Position numbers and translations under genes: made by a program. 64,000 nucleotides of DNA from the NCBI GenBank assembly GCA_036785375.1, contig JAWMAR010000203.1, positions 4,092,001 to 4,156,000 on the forward strand. The letters run 5' to 3'. Numbering within the stretch: position 1 is the stretch's first letter; every line of letters starts with the position of its first letter. Below the pieces are notes generated by a model. That model was not told where the DNA came from, made no database searches, and worked only from the letters and a program-made list of their open reading frames with translations. Below are positions 1 to 13,400 of this stretch, one piece after another. The stretch is from Leucoraja ocellata (Eukaryota).

Positions 1-1404
1 GACAGAGTTGACATGGATAAGCTTTTCCCACTGAGAGTAGGGAAGATTCAAACAAGGGGACATGACTTGAGAATTAACCATATAACCATATAACAATTAC
101 AGCACGGAAACAGGCCATCTCGGCCCTACAAGTCCGTGCCGAACAAATTTTTTTTCCCCTTAGTCCCACCTGCCTGCACTCATACCATAACCCTCCATTC
201 CCTTCTCATCCATTTGCCTATCCAATTTATTTTTTAATGATACCAACGAACCTGCCTCCACCACTTCCACTGGAAGCTCATTCCACACCGCTACCACTCT
301 CTGAGTAAAGAAGTTCCCCCTCATATTACCCCTAAACTTCTGTCCCTTAATTCTGAAGTCATGTCCTCTTGTTTGAATCTTCCCTGTTCTCAAAGGGAAA
401 AGCTTGTACACCATACTCCAGATTTGGTCTCACCAATGCCTTGTACAATTTTAACATTACATTCCAACTTCTATACTCAATGCTCTGATTTATAAAGGCT
501 AGCATACCAAAAGCTTTCTTTACCACCCTATCTATATGAGATTCCACCTTCAAGGAACTATGCACGGTTATACCCAGATCCCTCTGTTCAACTGTATTCT
601 TCAATTCCCTACCATTTACCATGTACGTCCTATTTTGATTTGTCCTGCCAAGGTGTAGCACCTCACATTTATCAGCATTAAACTCCATCTGCCATCTTTC
701 AGCCCATTTTTCCAAATGGCCTAAATCACTCTGTAGACTTTGGAAATCCTCTTCATTATCCACAACCCCCCCTATCTTGGTATCATCTGCATACTTACTA
801 ATCCAATTTACCACACCTTCATCCAGATCATTGATGTACATGACAAACAACAAAGGACCCAACACAGATCCCTGAGGCACCCCACTAGTCACCTGCCTCC
901 AACCCGTTAAACAGCCATCCACCATTACCCTCTGGCTTCTCCCATTCAGCCATTGTTGAATCCATCTTGCTATTCCTGCATTTATACCCAACAGTTGAAC
1001 CTTCTTAACCAACCTTCCATGAGGAACCTTGTCAAAGGCCTTACTAAAGTCCATATAGACAACATCCATTGCTTTACCCTCGTCAATTTCCCTAGTAACC
1101 TCTTCAAAAAATTCAAGAAGATTAGTCAAACATGACCTAATTATGGGACAGAAGTTTAGGGGTAACATTAGGGGGAACTTCTTCACTCAGAGAGTGGTGG
1201 CTGTGTGGAATGAGCTTCCAGTGAAGGTGGTGGAGGCAAGTTTGTTTTTATCATTTAAAAATAAATTGGATAGTTATATGGACGGGAAAGGTATGGAGGG
1301 TTATGGTCTGAATGCAGGTGTATGGGACTAGGGGAGAATACGTGTTCAGCACGGACTAGAAGGGTCGAGATGGCCTGTTTCCGTGCTGTAATTGTTATAT
1401 GGTT
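1..1404 (+). mobile_element. CR1 3' fragment (host copy) split into 1-77 and 1138-1404
   Basis: ...CATGACTTGAGAATTAA at 61-77 resumes as AATTATGGGACAGAAGTTTAGG at about 1139. Encodes FFTQRVVAVWNELP and ends in TTGTTATATGGTTA. Confidence 0.85.
78..1137 (-). mobile_element. CR1 LINE, 5'-truncated, with internal deletion; nested antisense in a same-family CR1
   Basis: RT motifs DFSKAFDKVPH, GVPQGSVLGP, YADD in ORF 359-1186. The (TATGGT)-type 3' tail is at 78-100. The frame jumps from LEYGVQ directly to KLFPL near 408. Confidence 0.92.
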
Positions 1405-3559
1405 AGATGGTTATTCAGCCTTTTATTCTTTATCGGTCTTTTATTCAACCAATCTGCTGATCAAACCCCCCCATCCCCTGTATCCACCTATCACTTTGTC
1501 CTACTACCACCTCTCTTTTCTAGCTTCCTCCCCCTCTCCTACAACAATTAGTCTGAAGAAGGGTCCTGACCCGAAACATCACATGTCCGTTCCTTCTACA
1601 GTCGCTTCCTGACCCGCTGTTACTCGAGCATTTTATGACTTACTCTTTAAACAAAACAATACTCCAAATACACAACAAGATTGCTTGACATCGAGTAAGG
1701 ATCCATGAAAATTGCATTTAAAGTGGATTCAACCCTCCTCCGTCAGGCAAGAGGTACAGCAGCTTGTAAATGCAAGCCTCCAGATTCAGTGACACTTTCT
1801 TCCCAGCTGTTATCAGGCAACTGAACCATCCTATCACCAACTAGGGAGCAGTCCTGATCTACCTCATTGCACACCGTCAGACTTTACTGGACTTTAGTTT
1901 AGTTTAGTTTGGAGATACAGCGTGGAAACAGGCCCTTCGGCCACCGAGTCTGCACTGACCAACAAAAGTATATGAGTTCTATCCAATTCATTACGGACAA
2001 TTTACAGTAGCCAATTAACCTACGTCTATGGAATGTGGGAAGAAACCGGAGCACCCGTAGAAAACCCATGCCATCGCACGGAGAACGTAGAAACAGCATA
2101 CAGACAGCACCCATAGTCAGGATCAAATCCATGTCTCTGGCACTGCGGCAACTCTCCAGCTGTGCCACCGTGCCACCCAAATCTTGCACTACATGTCATT
2201 CCCTTTACCCTGTGGAAGGCTTGATTGGAATCATGTATTATCATTCCGCTGACTGGTTAGCACACAACAACAAATGCTTTTAACTGTACCTCGGTACACG
2301 GGACAATAAACTAAACTAAAGTGAACTAAACTGGGTGGAGATGTTCATGGGCAGGATGTGGTGGGAGCAGAGAGTGATTGCAAAATATGAGTAAATATCA
2401 CCATGTTTGCTTCTGCGTAATTTATTGTAATGGCTTGTGCATGTTTTGAAGCAGTGGTCTGGAATTGATCTGACCTCAGATGTGACCAACTAGAGATACA
2501 GTGGTAAACAGAACAAAGTATTGCCGTGTGAGATTCCGCGATCTATTGCTCCAGTTTTCTCCGGTGTCAGGTAAAAGGGAAAATTATCCCCACAATCTAA
2601 TTCCCTGCATCAACCACTCTGACAGGAAAACTCAATTAAAACAAGAAAGATGGATGTTAATTTGGATGACACAAGCAACTGTGGTCTGCAAGACAATGGC
2701 CCTTGTGGTGGTAAGAGTGGTGAATCTCTGGAATTCTCTGCCACAGAGGTAGTTGAGGCCATTTCATTGGCTATATTTAAGAGGGTTAGATGTGGCCCTT
2801 GTAGCTAAAGGGATCAGGGGGTATGGAGAGAAGGCAGGTACAGGATACTGAGTTGGATGATCAGCCATGATCATATTGAATGGCGGTGCAGGCTCTAAGG
2901 GCCGAATGGCCTACTCCTGCACCTATTTTCTATGTTTCGATGTTTCTATGATTGAACCTGGAACAAAACACAATGTGCTGGAGGAACTCAGCTGGACAGG
3001 CACCGTACGGATCGAGAACCTTCTTCAGATTAGATAACGGATCGAGACCCTTATTCAGACTTACCAAAATCAGTCGGACTAATCAACTTGGAGTAACTCA
3101 GCAAGTCAGGCAGCGTCTCTGGAGTATGAGGACAGGCAATGTTTCAGGTCATAGAGACATAGAAAATAGGTGCAGGAATAGGTCATTTGGTCCTTCGAGT
3201 CAGCAGCGCCATTCAATATTATCATGGCTGATCGTCCAAAATCAGTACCGTGTTCCTGCTCTCTACCAATATCCTTTGATTCCGTTAGCCCTTGTAGCTA
3301 AATCTAACCCTCGTGAAAACATCTGCCAGGACAGAACACTCCTTCAGACTGAGGAAGAGTCAATTGGCATCTCTGGAGGACATGTACGGGTCATGTTTTA
3401 GGGCACTGATGATCTTCAGTGTGACCTAGCTCTAGATAGAGACAAAGTGCTGGAGTAACTCAGCGGGTCAGGCAGCATCTCTAGAGAAAACATAGGTGAC
3501 GTTGTGGGTTGGAACCCTTCTTCTGAAAGTAGAGGTGTGGGGCTCATCGGATTGGCAGC

Positions 3560-3890
3560 CAACATAATCAAAGACTTGTCCCAACCTGATCATTCATTTT
3601 TCTCCCTGCTCTCATCAGGCAGAAGGTACAGAAGCTTGAAAGTGCTCACCAACAGATTCAGGAACAGCTTCTTCCCCTCTGTTATCAGGCTTCCGAATCA
3701 CTGTCCGATTCACCTCCACCCCATTGCGGACATTGGACTTTGTCTGTGGAACCGGTGTGCTACAGTGCTGAGAATTAAATTCTGCACTTTGTATCTTCCA
3801 CTTTGCTCCACCTATTGTACTTGAGTTTGGGTTAATTGTATTTATGTATAGTAGTATCTGATTTGATTGGATAGCATGCAAAACAAAGCT
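3560..3890 (+). mobile_element. Rex1/Babar-type LINE 3' remnant (similar remnants at about 1735-1840 and 5900-6320)
   Basis: Translates to IIKDLSQPDHSFFSLLSSGRRYRSLKVLTNRFRNSFFPSVIRL, the characteristic Rex1/Babar ORF C-terminus. Confidence 0.7.
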
Positions 3891-6800
3891 TTTCAAAATA
3901 GGTGCAGAGGAGGCTATTTGGCCCTTCGAGCCAGCACCGCCAACTATTGTGATCATGGCTGATCATCCTCAATCAATAACCTGTACCTGCCTCTCCCCAT
4001 CTCCCTTGACTCCACTAGCCCCTAGAGCTCTATCTAACTCTCTCTTAAATTCATCCAGTGACTTGGCCTCCACTGCCCTCTGTGGCAAGGAATTCCACAA
4101 ATTCACAACTCTCTGGGTGAAAACGTTTTTTCTCACCTCAATCTTAAATGCCGCCCCTTTATTCTAAGCACATTTGGAACTCTCAGAAGGCGATTAATGG
4201 CGAGTCACAAAGATCAATTGGTTTGGAGCTCAAGGAAAGTAATTGAATAGAGAAGTAAGTTTCGGAAGCCATGCCACATCCTCTAGATTCTGTTTTTTTA
4301 TATTTTGCATATGTTGTTTGAGAGATGAGTGTGTGGTTGTATGATAAGTATCAGTTTGCGGTTTTGTTGAAGAGGGACAATGTATTACTGTGGAGTAAGT
4401 TACCGGTTCTTCATAAATTATATTAATCTTTCTTTTAATATGTTTATTTTATTAGGAGCAATTGTACAAGAATAAAGCAATCGGCATGAGAGTTATACAA
4501 TTTCCGTACAGCTTCATTTTTAACATCTTATAAATTGATACATAAATCGAAAAGAATAAATTGATACATAAATCGAGGAAAAGAGAAAAACGAAAAGAAT
4601 GAAGAAAAAGAAGAAAGATGCAAAAAAGAGCGAATTGTTATCTTTGACCTTTAAGACGGCATATTCTGTTTCTTGGGATTGCTCGGTCCATCTCAATTCC
4701 TGTCTTTGCTGTCCCTCCTTGCAATAAACAGGTGCCTAATGCAGATTTTCATAGTTTATTGAAAGATTATCCTGCAACACAAAAATAACAAATAACAATA
4801 AGAACCACTTGCAAATATTAGTGTTATAGAGTTGATATCATAGTTATAGAGCACGGAAACAGACCCATCAGCCCAACTCGTCTACACCGACCAAGATGCC
4901 CCATCTAAGATATTCCCATTTGCCCGCGGTTGGCACTAGTCCCTCTAAACCTTGTGTCCATGTACCTGTCCAAATATCTTTTAAATGGTGTTGTAGTCCC
5001 TGCCCCAACTACGTCTTCCGGCGGCTCGTTCCATATACCCACATATACCCTGAATGATAAAGTTGCCCCTCAGGTTTTTCCCTCTCACATTAAACATATG
5101 CCTTCTATTTCTCAATTCCCTTTGGCTATAAAAACTCAGTGCATTCACCCACTTATTCCCATTATGATTTTATACACCTCCATAAGATCGCCCATTATCC
5201 TCCTGTGCTCCAGTGAGTCCAAGCCTGCTCAACCTCTCCCTCAAGTCCTGTCAACATCATCGTAAATCGTCTCTGTATACATTCCAACTTATGGTTAGAA
5301 AGATATTTTCTTCATTTTAGAATTGGAGAAGCGGAGGAATTTTAGAACTTTAGAACATTTTGGATAACAATAGAACGGAGATGAGAGGATTTATTTAGCC
5401 AGATGGTGGTGAATCTGTGGAATTCATTAGCACAGTCAGTGGTAGAGGCCAAGACATTGGATAATTTTAAAGCGGAGAATGATAGATTCTTGATTAGTAC
5501 GGATGTCAAAGATTACGGTGAGAAGGCAGGAGTATTGGTTGAGAGGGAAAATTAGATCAGCCATGAGTGTATGTCGGAGCAGACTCGATGGGCTGAATGA
5601 CCTAATTCTGCTACTATGTCTGATGATCTTATGGTCATTTTATTTTTAGCTGAATCTAATGAGGTATTCTGTTCCTGATTTATAATTTATAACTTATAAA
5701 TTATAATGAGGCACTGTTCCTGATTTATATTGAAAAGTCATGTGAAATCAGTAACGAATTTGATTAGCAAACACCAAATGGGCATAAGCTAAAGTGTGGG
5801 TGTGTGTGTGTCCATGGACTAGTCAGTGATCGATGGGCATGTGACACTTGTGGGCAATATCTGTTTCAATGATATCATTGTCAACATAACCCAGGAATGA
5901 AGCAGGTTACAAAGAGAGGTGGGCACTGCCTAGTCCATCACAGGAACAGACCGCCCCAACATCAAAGGGATCTGCAGGAGGCGCTGCCTCAAAAAGTCAA
6001 CCAATAACATCAGACCCACAGCACCCTGGCCATGCTTTCATTTCATTCCTGCCATCAGGAAGAAGGTACAGGAATGTGTGAACAGCAATGTCCAGGTTCA
6101 GGAACAGCTTCTTTCCACCAACCATCAGGCTCATGAACACTGCACAACATCAACTAAACTGTCTTTAGTTGCACTACACAATTTGTGGGTTTTTGCAATG
6201 GATTGCATTTTTGTTTGCTATATATTCTTTGTATGCCTTGTGTTTACAGGCTTGTTATGCTGCTGCAAATAAGAATGTTATTGTTCTGTTGTCAGTGTAT
6301 ATGACAACAAATGATAACACTCTTGTCCCTTAACAGGGTCAACCAACCTTCTCATCAGTTTCACCGTCGAGGAAACTTATCTATCCATATTCAGCAGAGA
6401 TACTGCCTGACCGTTGAGTCTTTGGGTCATTTTCTGATCTTAACAATGGCCAGTCCATTGCATTCAGTTTTCCCAACAACAAAGCTTGCTAGAATCAGAT
6501 AGACACAAACTCAACGAGACAGACAACGTCTATGTGGTGGACAGGTGACGTTTCAGATTGGGACTCTTCTTCAGACTGGGGGGGGGGGGGGCTGAAAGTA
6601 AGCAAAGACTGGGACAAATCAGGGCCGGCAACAAATGACCTCAGGCAGGTTGGTATTGATGGGATTGTTGTTGGCAGGGGACAGTGTGATATGACGGTGG
6701 AATATTGCTAGAATCAGAGAACTTTGCGCTGGCAATTCATATTTTACTGAAGTGACCTCCAACTGCAAAAACTCATCCGACCACTCACTGAGCTGTTTAA

Positions 6801-7149
6801 GGAGAAAACCCTCTCCCATCACTTTCAGCTGCTGCACATTCAGTACGGGGAGTCCAGGGAAAGATATCAGGCAGTTAATTAATTCATCCATGCTCTAATT
6901 TCCTCCCATGTCACAAAGACGTGCGGGTTTGTGGTCTTCTGTAAATTGCCCCCAGTGTGTAGGGAATATCTGTGCCTGCTATAATCTGCCATTGTGACCT
7001 GTATCTGACCAACTCTAAAAGGACAAGATTAACAGCTGTTTTGTTTGTCGCACGCTATCAGGCTTTGTGTGTATAAAATGATACGGAGGTGAAAGTCAGT
7101 CTGAGGAGTGCAACTAATGTCATGTGCAAAAAGGTGCATGATTAGGAGA

Positions 7150-7440
7150 CACATTGGCGCAGCGGTAGAGTTGCTGCCTCACAGCGGCAGAAACCTGGTT
7201 TTAATCCCGACTACAGGTGCTGTCTGTACAAAGTTTATATGTTCTCCCCTTGATCGCGTGGGATCTCCAGATGCTCCAGTTTCCTCCCACACTCCAAAGA
7301 CATACAGGATTGTAGGTTAATTGGCTTTGGTAAATTTCTAAAATGTCCCTAGTGTGTAGGATCGCGCTAGTGAAAGAGGTGATTGCTGGTCGGTGCGGAC
7401 TCGGTGGGCCAAATGTCCTGTTTCCACGCTGTATCTCTAA
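7150..7440 (+). mobile_element. tRNA-derived HE1-like V-SINE (representative copy)
   Basis: A-box TGGCGCAGCGG, GAGTTGCTGCCTCACAGCG..., CCTCCCACACTCCAAAGAC core and GCTGTATCTCTAAA tail. Other copies at about 1900-2180, 12540-12800, 13385-13625, 50270-50559, 53100-53365, 53650-53840 and 62860-63052 (-), and 26220-26390, 52795-53020 and 63613-63740 (+). Confidence 0.8.
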
Positions 7441-7988
7441 AGTCTAATCAGACTTGGTCAAGATATGTCATTTCATCAACGCTAGGATATACACTTGAAG
7501 AAGTGAGAGATAACATTGAGGACAATGAGACCCTGGAATTATACTCCAAGCTTAAAGTCTTCACAGAGTAGAAGAATAAAAAAGTAACAGAAGATAGACA
7601 CAAAATGCAGGAGTAACTCAGCCGGTGAGGCAGCATCTCTAGAGAGAAGGAAAGGGCGACGTTTTGGGGTCGAGATCCTTCTTCAGACTGATCAAAACCT
7701 TTGATTTTTACCAGCATCTGAAGTTCTTTCTTACTCAAAAAAGTAACAGAACCGCATTTCTTTAATAAATATGCAAGGAACTGCAGATGGTGGCTTGGAA
7801 AAAGCCCCAAATTGCTTGAATAACGCAGCCAGATTTCTCTATCCTGGGTAAAAGACCCTGCATTCACTATAATGAGTAAACCAGGCACTTGAGGTCATTT
7901 TACGCATAGTAGATTTAGTTGAAGAGAATGTAATCCAACGCATATTAGTAGCAACATCACTTCTTCAACTGGTTATAAACAATGAAAC

Positions 7989-8099
7989 TCATTGCACGAG
8001 CAATGTCCAATGACTGGTATGCAGTTGACCACAAGGCCTCCTTGAAGAGGGAGTGTGTTTTGGAATATGGATCTCACTTTGTTGGCAGTATAATTCCAG
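7989..8099 (-). CDS. Exon 6: probable terminal cytoplasmic exon
   Basis: Strong polypyrimidine acceptor ttgtttgccgtttccttccatcag|. Phase-0 frame LELYCQQSEIHIPKHTPSSRRPCGQLHTSHWTLLVQ-TGA in unique sequence. ATTAAA on the minus strand at 7761-7766 is a possible polyA signal. Confidence 0.55.
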   Translation of the reverse strand: MELYCQQSEIHIPKHTPSSRRPCGQLHTSHWTLLVQ

Positions 8100-10373
8100 C
8101 TGATGGAAGGAAACGGCAAACAAGTTAAATGCATTGACAAATTATTTCGATTGAAAAAGTACAGCGACAATTCGGGTTTGCTGACACAAGGAACTGCAGA
8201 TGCACTAGACTTTAGAGAAACAGTGCGGAAACAGGCCCTTCGGCCCACCGAGTCCGTGCCGAACAGCGATTAACCCCTGCACTAGCACTATCCTACACAC
8301 TAGTGATAGTTTTTACAGAAGCCAATTTGAAGAATGAGAGGAAACAGGAGCACCCGGAGAAAACCCACGAATTAAGGGACAGAGGTTTAGGGGTAACATG
8401 AGGGGGAACTTCTTTACTCAGAGAGTGGTAGCGGTGTGGAATGAGCTTCAGTGGAAGTGGTGGAGGCAGGTGTAGGAGAGGTGGAGACAAGTGTAGGAGA
8501 GGTGTACTGACTGTGTGGGCAGACACTTTAGACGTGATTGCCCACCAGTCTCAAAAGCTGCTGTGTCTCCCTGTCCCTGGGATAGCAGGGGGCGATCAAA
8601 CAGCACAATACCCTCTCCCCCTCCAAGCCAACACGAAGGGCAACGATCCCAAGGCTTTAGCTTCAGGAACAGCTTCCATAACGCGAGAGAGATCATGCAC
8701 TGTTGTAGGTCTCCTTTGCACGTCGGTGTTTCTGTCTTTCTCCACTCATTGTTGGCCCTATCTGTCACCACCCCCACCTACACCCCTCTGCTTCCCGGCC
8801 ATGTGGTGTGACCCCTTCCCTCCCCTCTCCAGCTCCCCGCCCATTGCACATGCGTGGGGGCTTTGCACTGTCTTCACGTCGGCGATGCCAGCGGGTCAGT
8901 GCCAGTCGCCCCGGGGCAGTCGCTCCCTTCAGTTTCCCAGGGGGTCGAGATGGGACTGGAGTTGGGAGGGAAAGGTGGGTGGGTGGGGGGGGGGGATAGG
9001 TGGCCAGGAGAGTGGGGTTGTTTGCAGTTGCAGAGGGAGGGGGCAAGGGCGGTACAGTTCCGTCTCAGCTTCTACCCAGGGTGGTGGCCTGAGACGTCAG
9101 GGCCAATGGGACACCGACCCCCAGGCCCACCAGGCCCACTGCAAGCACGGAGAACCCAGAGACCCATAGCCAACAGCAACTCCAGCCCAGCCTCGCTCCC
9201 GATGGGCTGCTACGGCGACAAGTGGCAGTTCGCCCATAGCCCGAGCTGCGCCCCCTCATCCGCCACCCCAAGAACAAGACGTACCTTGCACACCATCAGC
9301 TTCTGACCCTACGGGGAGCGGGTTCCTCTGGAGTTGGAGCGAGGCTGGGCTGGAGTTGCTGTTGGCTGTGGGTCTCTGGGTTCTCCGTGCTTGCAGTGGG
9401 CCTGGTGGGCCTGGGGGTCGGTGTCTCGTTGGTCCTGACGTCTCCGGCCACCCCCCTGGGCAGGAGCTGAGACTGGGAACTGTACCGCCCTTGCCCCCTC
9501 CCTCTGCAACTGCAAACAACCCCACTCTCCTGCTCACCTAACCCCCCCACCCCCCCCACCTTTCCCTCCCAACTCCAGTCCTATCTCGACCCCCTGGGAA
9601 ACTGAAGGGAGCGACTGCCCCGGGGCGACTGGCAATGACCCGCTGGCATCGCCGACGTGAAGACAGTGCAAAGCCCCCACGCTGGTGCAATGGGCGGGGA
9701 GCTGGAGAGGGGAGGGAAGGGGTCACACACATGGCCGGGAAGCAGAGGGGTGTAGGTGGGGGTGGTGACAGATAGGGTCAACAATGAGTGGAGAAAGACA
9801 GAAACACCGACGTGCAAAGGACACCTACAACAGTGCATGATCTCTCTCGCGTTATGGCAGGTGATTGTCGCTGGGAAACTGAAGGGAGCGACAATCTGCT
9901 GCTGCCTGCCCGCTGAGTTAAAGCGTTCCCACGGTAGACTCACGATACACTAAGGTAAACGCACGGGCCACTACGTTCTTACAAGTTAAAATGTTTCAAT
10001 TCTTTTTTTTTAAATTTATTTATTTTTTTAATTTTATTTTTATTAGAAGTACGGTAAATTACAATACTACACAACACATATATCTTAATACATTTTTTGT
10101 ACCGCTTCATTTTTTTTGAGCTTTAAGAAAAAGATAGAAGTAAGGAAAGTAAAGAAAGTGCGCAAGAGTCGTGAAGTGCAAGAGTGTTGGGAAAAGAAAG
10201 CCCTTAGAAAAGAAGTTAGAGAAGGAAGTAAAGTGAGAAAATAGACCCTAGAAAAGAAAGAAAAAGAAAATAGGAACAATCGCTCTATTATAACATTAAA
10301 CTCCGCAGAAAGGGGACTACCAACCAAGTCTGTTTTTGTTGTTTTACCTCCCGTTACCAGGTCCTGATACCAT

Positions 10374-10417
<44 letters not shown>

Positions 10418-13400
10418 ATTACTATTGCACCTCATACTTGTAATAGGTCCAGAAAAATAGACCACGCCTTTTGGAATTGGTCTGCTTTACCTGCTAAGAG
10501 GAATCTCATCTCTTCCAGATGTAATGTTTCAAACATATTTGATATCCACATTTTTATTGTTGGTGTGGGCGCATTTTTCCAGAATTTAAGTATAAGCTTT
10601 TTTCCCATTATTAGCCCGTAATTAAATACATTCTTCTGAAACACGTTTAGTTCAGGGTTACCTTCCGATATTCCAAAGATAATCCATTCTGGTTTTGGTA
10701 CCAGTTTTATTTTGACTAATTTTGAAAATATATCAAATATTTCATACCAGAATTTTTGGATTTTTGTACAAAAAACAAAAGAGTGCGCTATGGTAGCTTC
10801 TTGACACAGGCATTTATCACAGATTGGTGAAACATTGGGGAAGATTTTATTTAATTTAGTTTTTGAATAATATAATCTATGTAATGTTTTAAATTGGATG
10901 AGCGTATGTCGTACGTTGTTTCAATTCTTAACCACAAGGGTAAAATTGACTCGTGGAAAATTTTAAACATGTTTGACTTTTTGCAAGAGTTGACAAGTTT
11001 CTCGAGTACCTGCCGTTAGCGCCACGAGTCTCTAAGTTACGTCTACGAGTTTGGTACGTTAATCGTGCGTTATTACATAGAAACATAGAAACATAGAAAT
11101 TAGGTGCAGGAGTAGGCCATTCGGCCCTTCGAGCCTGCACCGCCATTCAATATGATCATGGCTGATCATCCAACTCAGTATCCCGTACCTGCCTTCTCTC
11201 CATACCCCCTGATCCCCTTAGCCACAAGGGCCACATCTAACTCCCTCTTAAATATAGCCAATGAACTGGCCTCAACTACCCTCTGTGGCAGAGAGTTCCA
11301 GAGATTCACCACTCTCTGCGTGAAATTACCACGAGTTTTAACTCGGGGTACCTCTTGTGTTAACTCGTAACGTGCGACTCAGCTATGAGGCAGCAACACT
11401 CCCACTGCGCCACCGTGCCGCAGAATGTCTTGTGTTATAGAGACATAGAGAGAGATACAGTGTGGAAACAGGCCCTTTGGCCCAACTCGCCCACACCGGC
11501 CAACAATGTCCCAGCTGCACTAGTCCCACTTGCCTGCGCTTGGTCCATAACCCTCCAAACCCGCCCTATCCATTTACCTGTCGAACTGTTTCTTAAAAGA
11601 TGGGATAGAATCAACTACCTAATCTGGCAGCTTGTTCCATACATCCACCATCCTTTGTGTGTAAAAGATACCCCTCGGATTCCTATTAAATCTTTTCCCC
11701 TTCACCTTGAACCTATGTCCTCTGGTCCTCGATTCCCCTACTTTGGGCAAGAGCCTCTGTGCATCTGCCCGATCTATTCCTCTCATGATTATTTATACCT
11801 CTATAAGATCTCCCATCATCCTCCTGTGCTCCATGGAATAGAGACCCAGCCTACTCAATCTCTACCTATAGCTCACACCCTCTAGTCCTGGCAACATCCT
11901 CGTAAATATTTTCTGAAACCTTTCCAGCTTGACAATATCTTTCCTCTAACATAGTGCCCAAAACTGAACACAATATTCTAAATGCCGTCTAACCAACGTC
12001 TTATACAACTACAACATGACCTCCTAACTTCGATACTCAATACTTTGACTGATGAAGGCCAAAGTGCCAAAAGCCTTTTTGACCACCTTATTTACCTGCG
12101 ACTCGACCTTCAACGAACCATGGTCGAGTCCCAGGTAGATGCCTCTACTCTACAATATTACCCAGAGGCCTACCATTTACTGTGTAGGTAATGCCCTTGT
12201 TTGACATCCCAAAATACAACACACCTCACACTTCTCTGTATTAAATGCCATCAACCATTCCTCTGCCCACCTGGCCAATCCTGCTACAATATTTCACAAT
12301 CATCTTCACTATCTGCAAAACCACAAAGTCCATTACATCCAATAGTGCTGATGAATTTGTTCATATAAGCTGACAATACCACAGTGTACATTAGAACATC
12401 GTGCATGCAACATAAGGGTAAATATCAAACTAAATTACTCACCTCATTTACTGAGGTATTTCGGTTTCTCATGCTTTGAATATCAACAGTTGCGTCATGG
12501 ACAGATGATTCTATAAAAAATATCATGAATATTTAGTGTATTTCAGAGATACAGGACAGAAACAGGCCATTCAGCCCACCGCGTCTACGCCGACCATCGA
12601 TCACCTGTTCGGACTAGTTCTACATTATCCCATTTTCACATCCACTCCCTGCACACTAGGGGCAATTTACACAGGGTCAATTAACCTACAAACCCACACA
12701 TCTTTGGGATGTGGGAGAAAAACAAAGCACTCTGAGGAAATCCAAGTGGTCACAGGGAGAACATGCAAACTCTACACAAAGTCAGCACCCGTAGTCAGGA
12801 TTCAAGAGAGAGTTAGATTTATTTCTTAGGGCTAAAGGAATCAAGGGATATGGTGAAAAAGCAAGAACGGTGTACTGATTTTAGATGATCAGTCATGATC
12901 ACATTTAATGGTAGTGCTGGCTCGAAGGGCTGAATGGCCCATTCCTGCACCTATTGTCTATGTTTCTATGTTTCTAACCCGGATCTCTAGTGCTGTGAGG
13001 CAGCAGCTCTACAAGCTGTCACACTCATTTTGTTTAAATTATTTTAATCTCTCTGGGAACTAAAGACAATATTCACTTTTATATATTCAGTTTTTAGTTA
13101 AATTACAAAATAAAATGTACAATGTATACATTACCTTTTCCTTTCTTCAATTTATTGTGATAATGATACACAATCAAGACCCATATTGGTACTATTAGGA
13201 TCAGACTCAGTCGAATGAAATAATACTTGGAGGATCCTTGAAAATCACAATTGAAATATGAATCAAAATAATGCTACAATGAATAGCAAATATAATCATG
13301 ACTATTGCATGTTACATTACATTAAATAATTTAAATGCACTGTTACATGAAACATTAATCATGTATGTCGTTTAGTTTAATTTTGTTTAGAAACACAGAA

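Noticed and set aside
6619-6891. 90-aa minus-strand ORF as an alternative last exon
   Set aside because: Partly Penelope- and SINE-derived with no recognisable motif. The acceptor at 8099 is stronger and comes first.
8441-9943. Cluster of overlapping GC-rich ORFs (also 28971-29664 and 59994-60879)
   Set aside because: They lie in GC-rich non-autonomous transposon interiors, are open in many frames and show no domain motifs.
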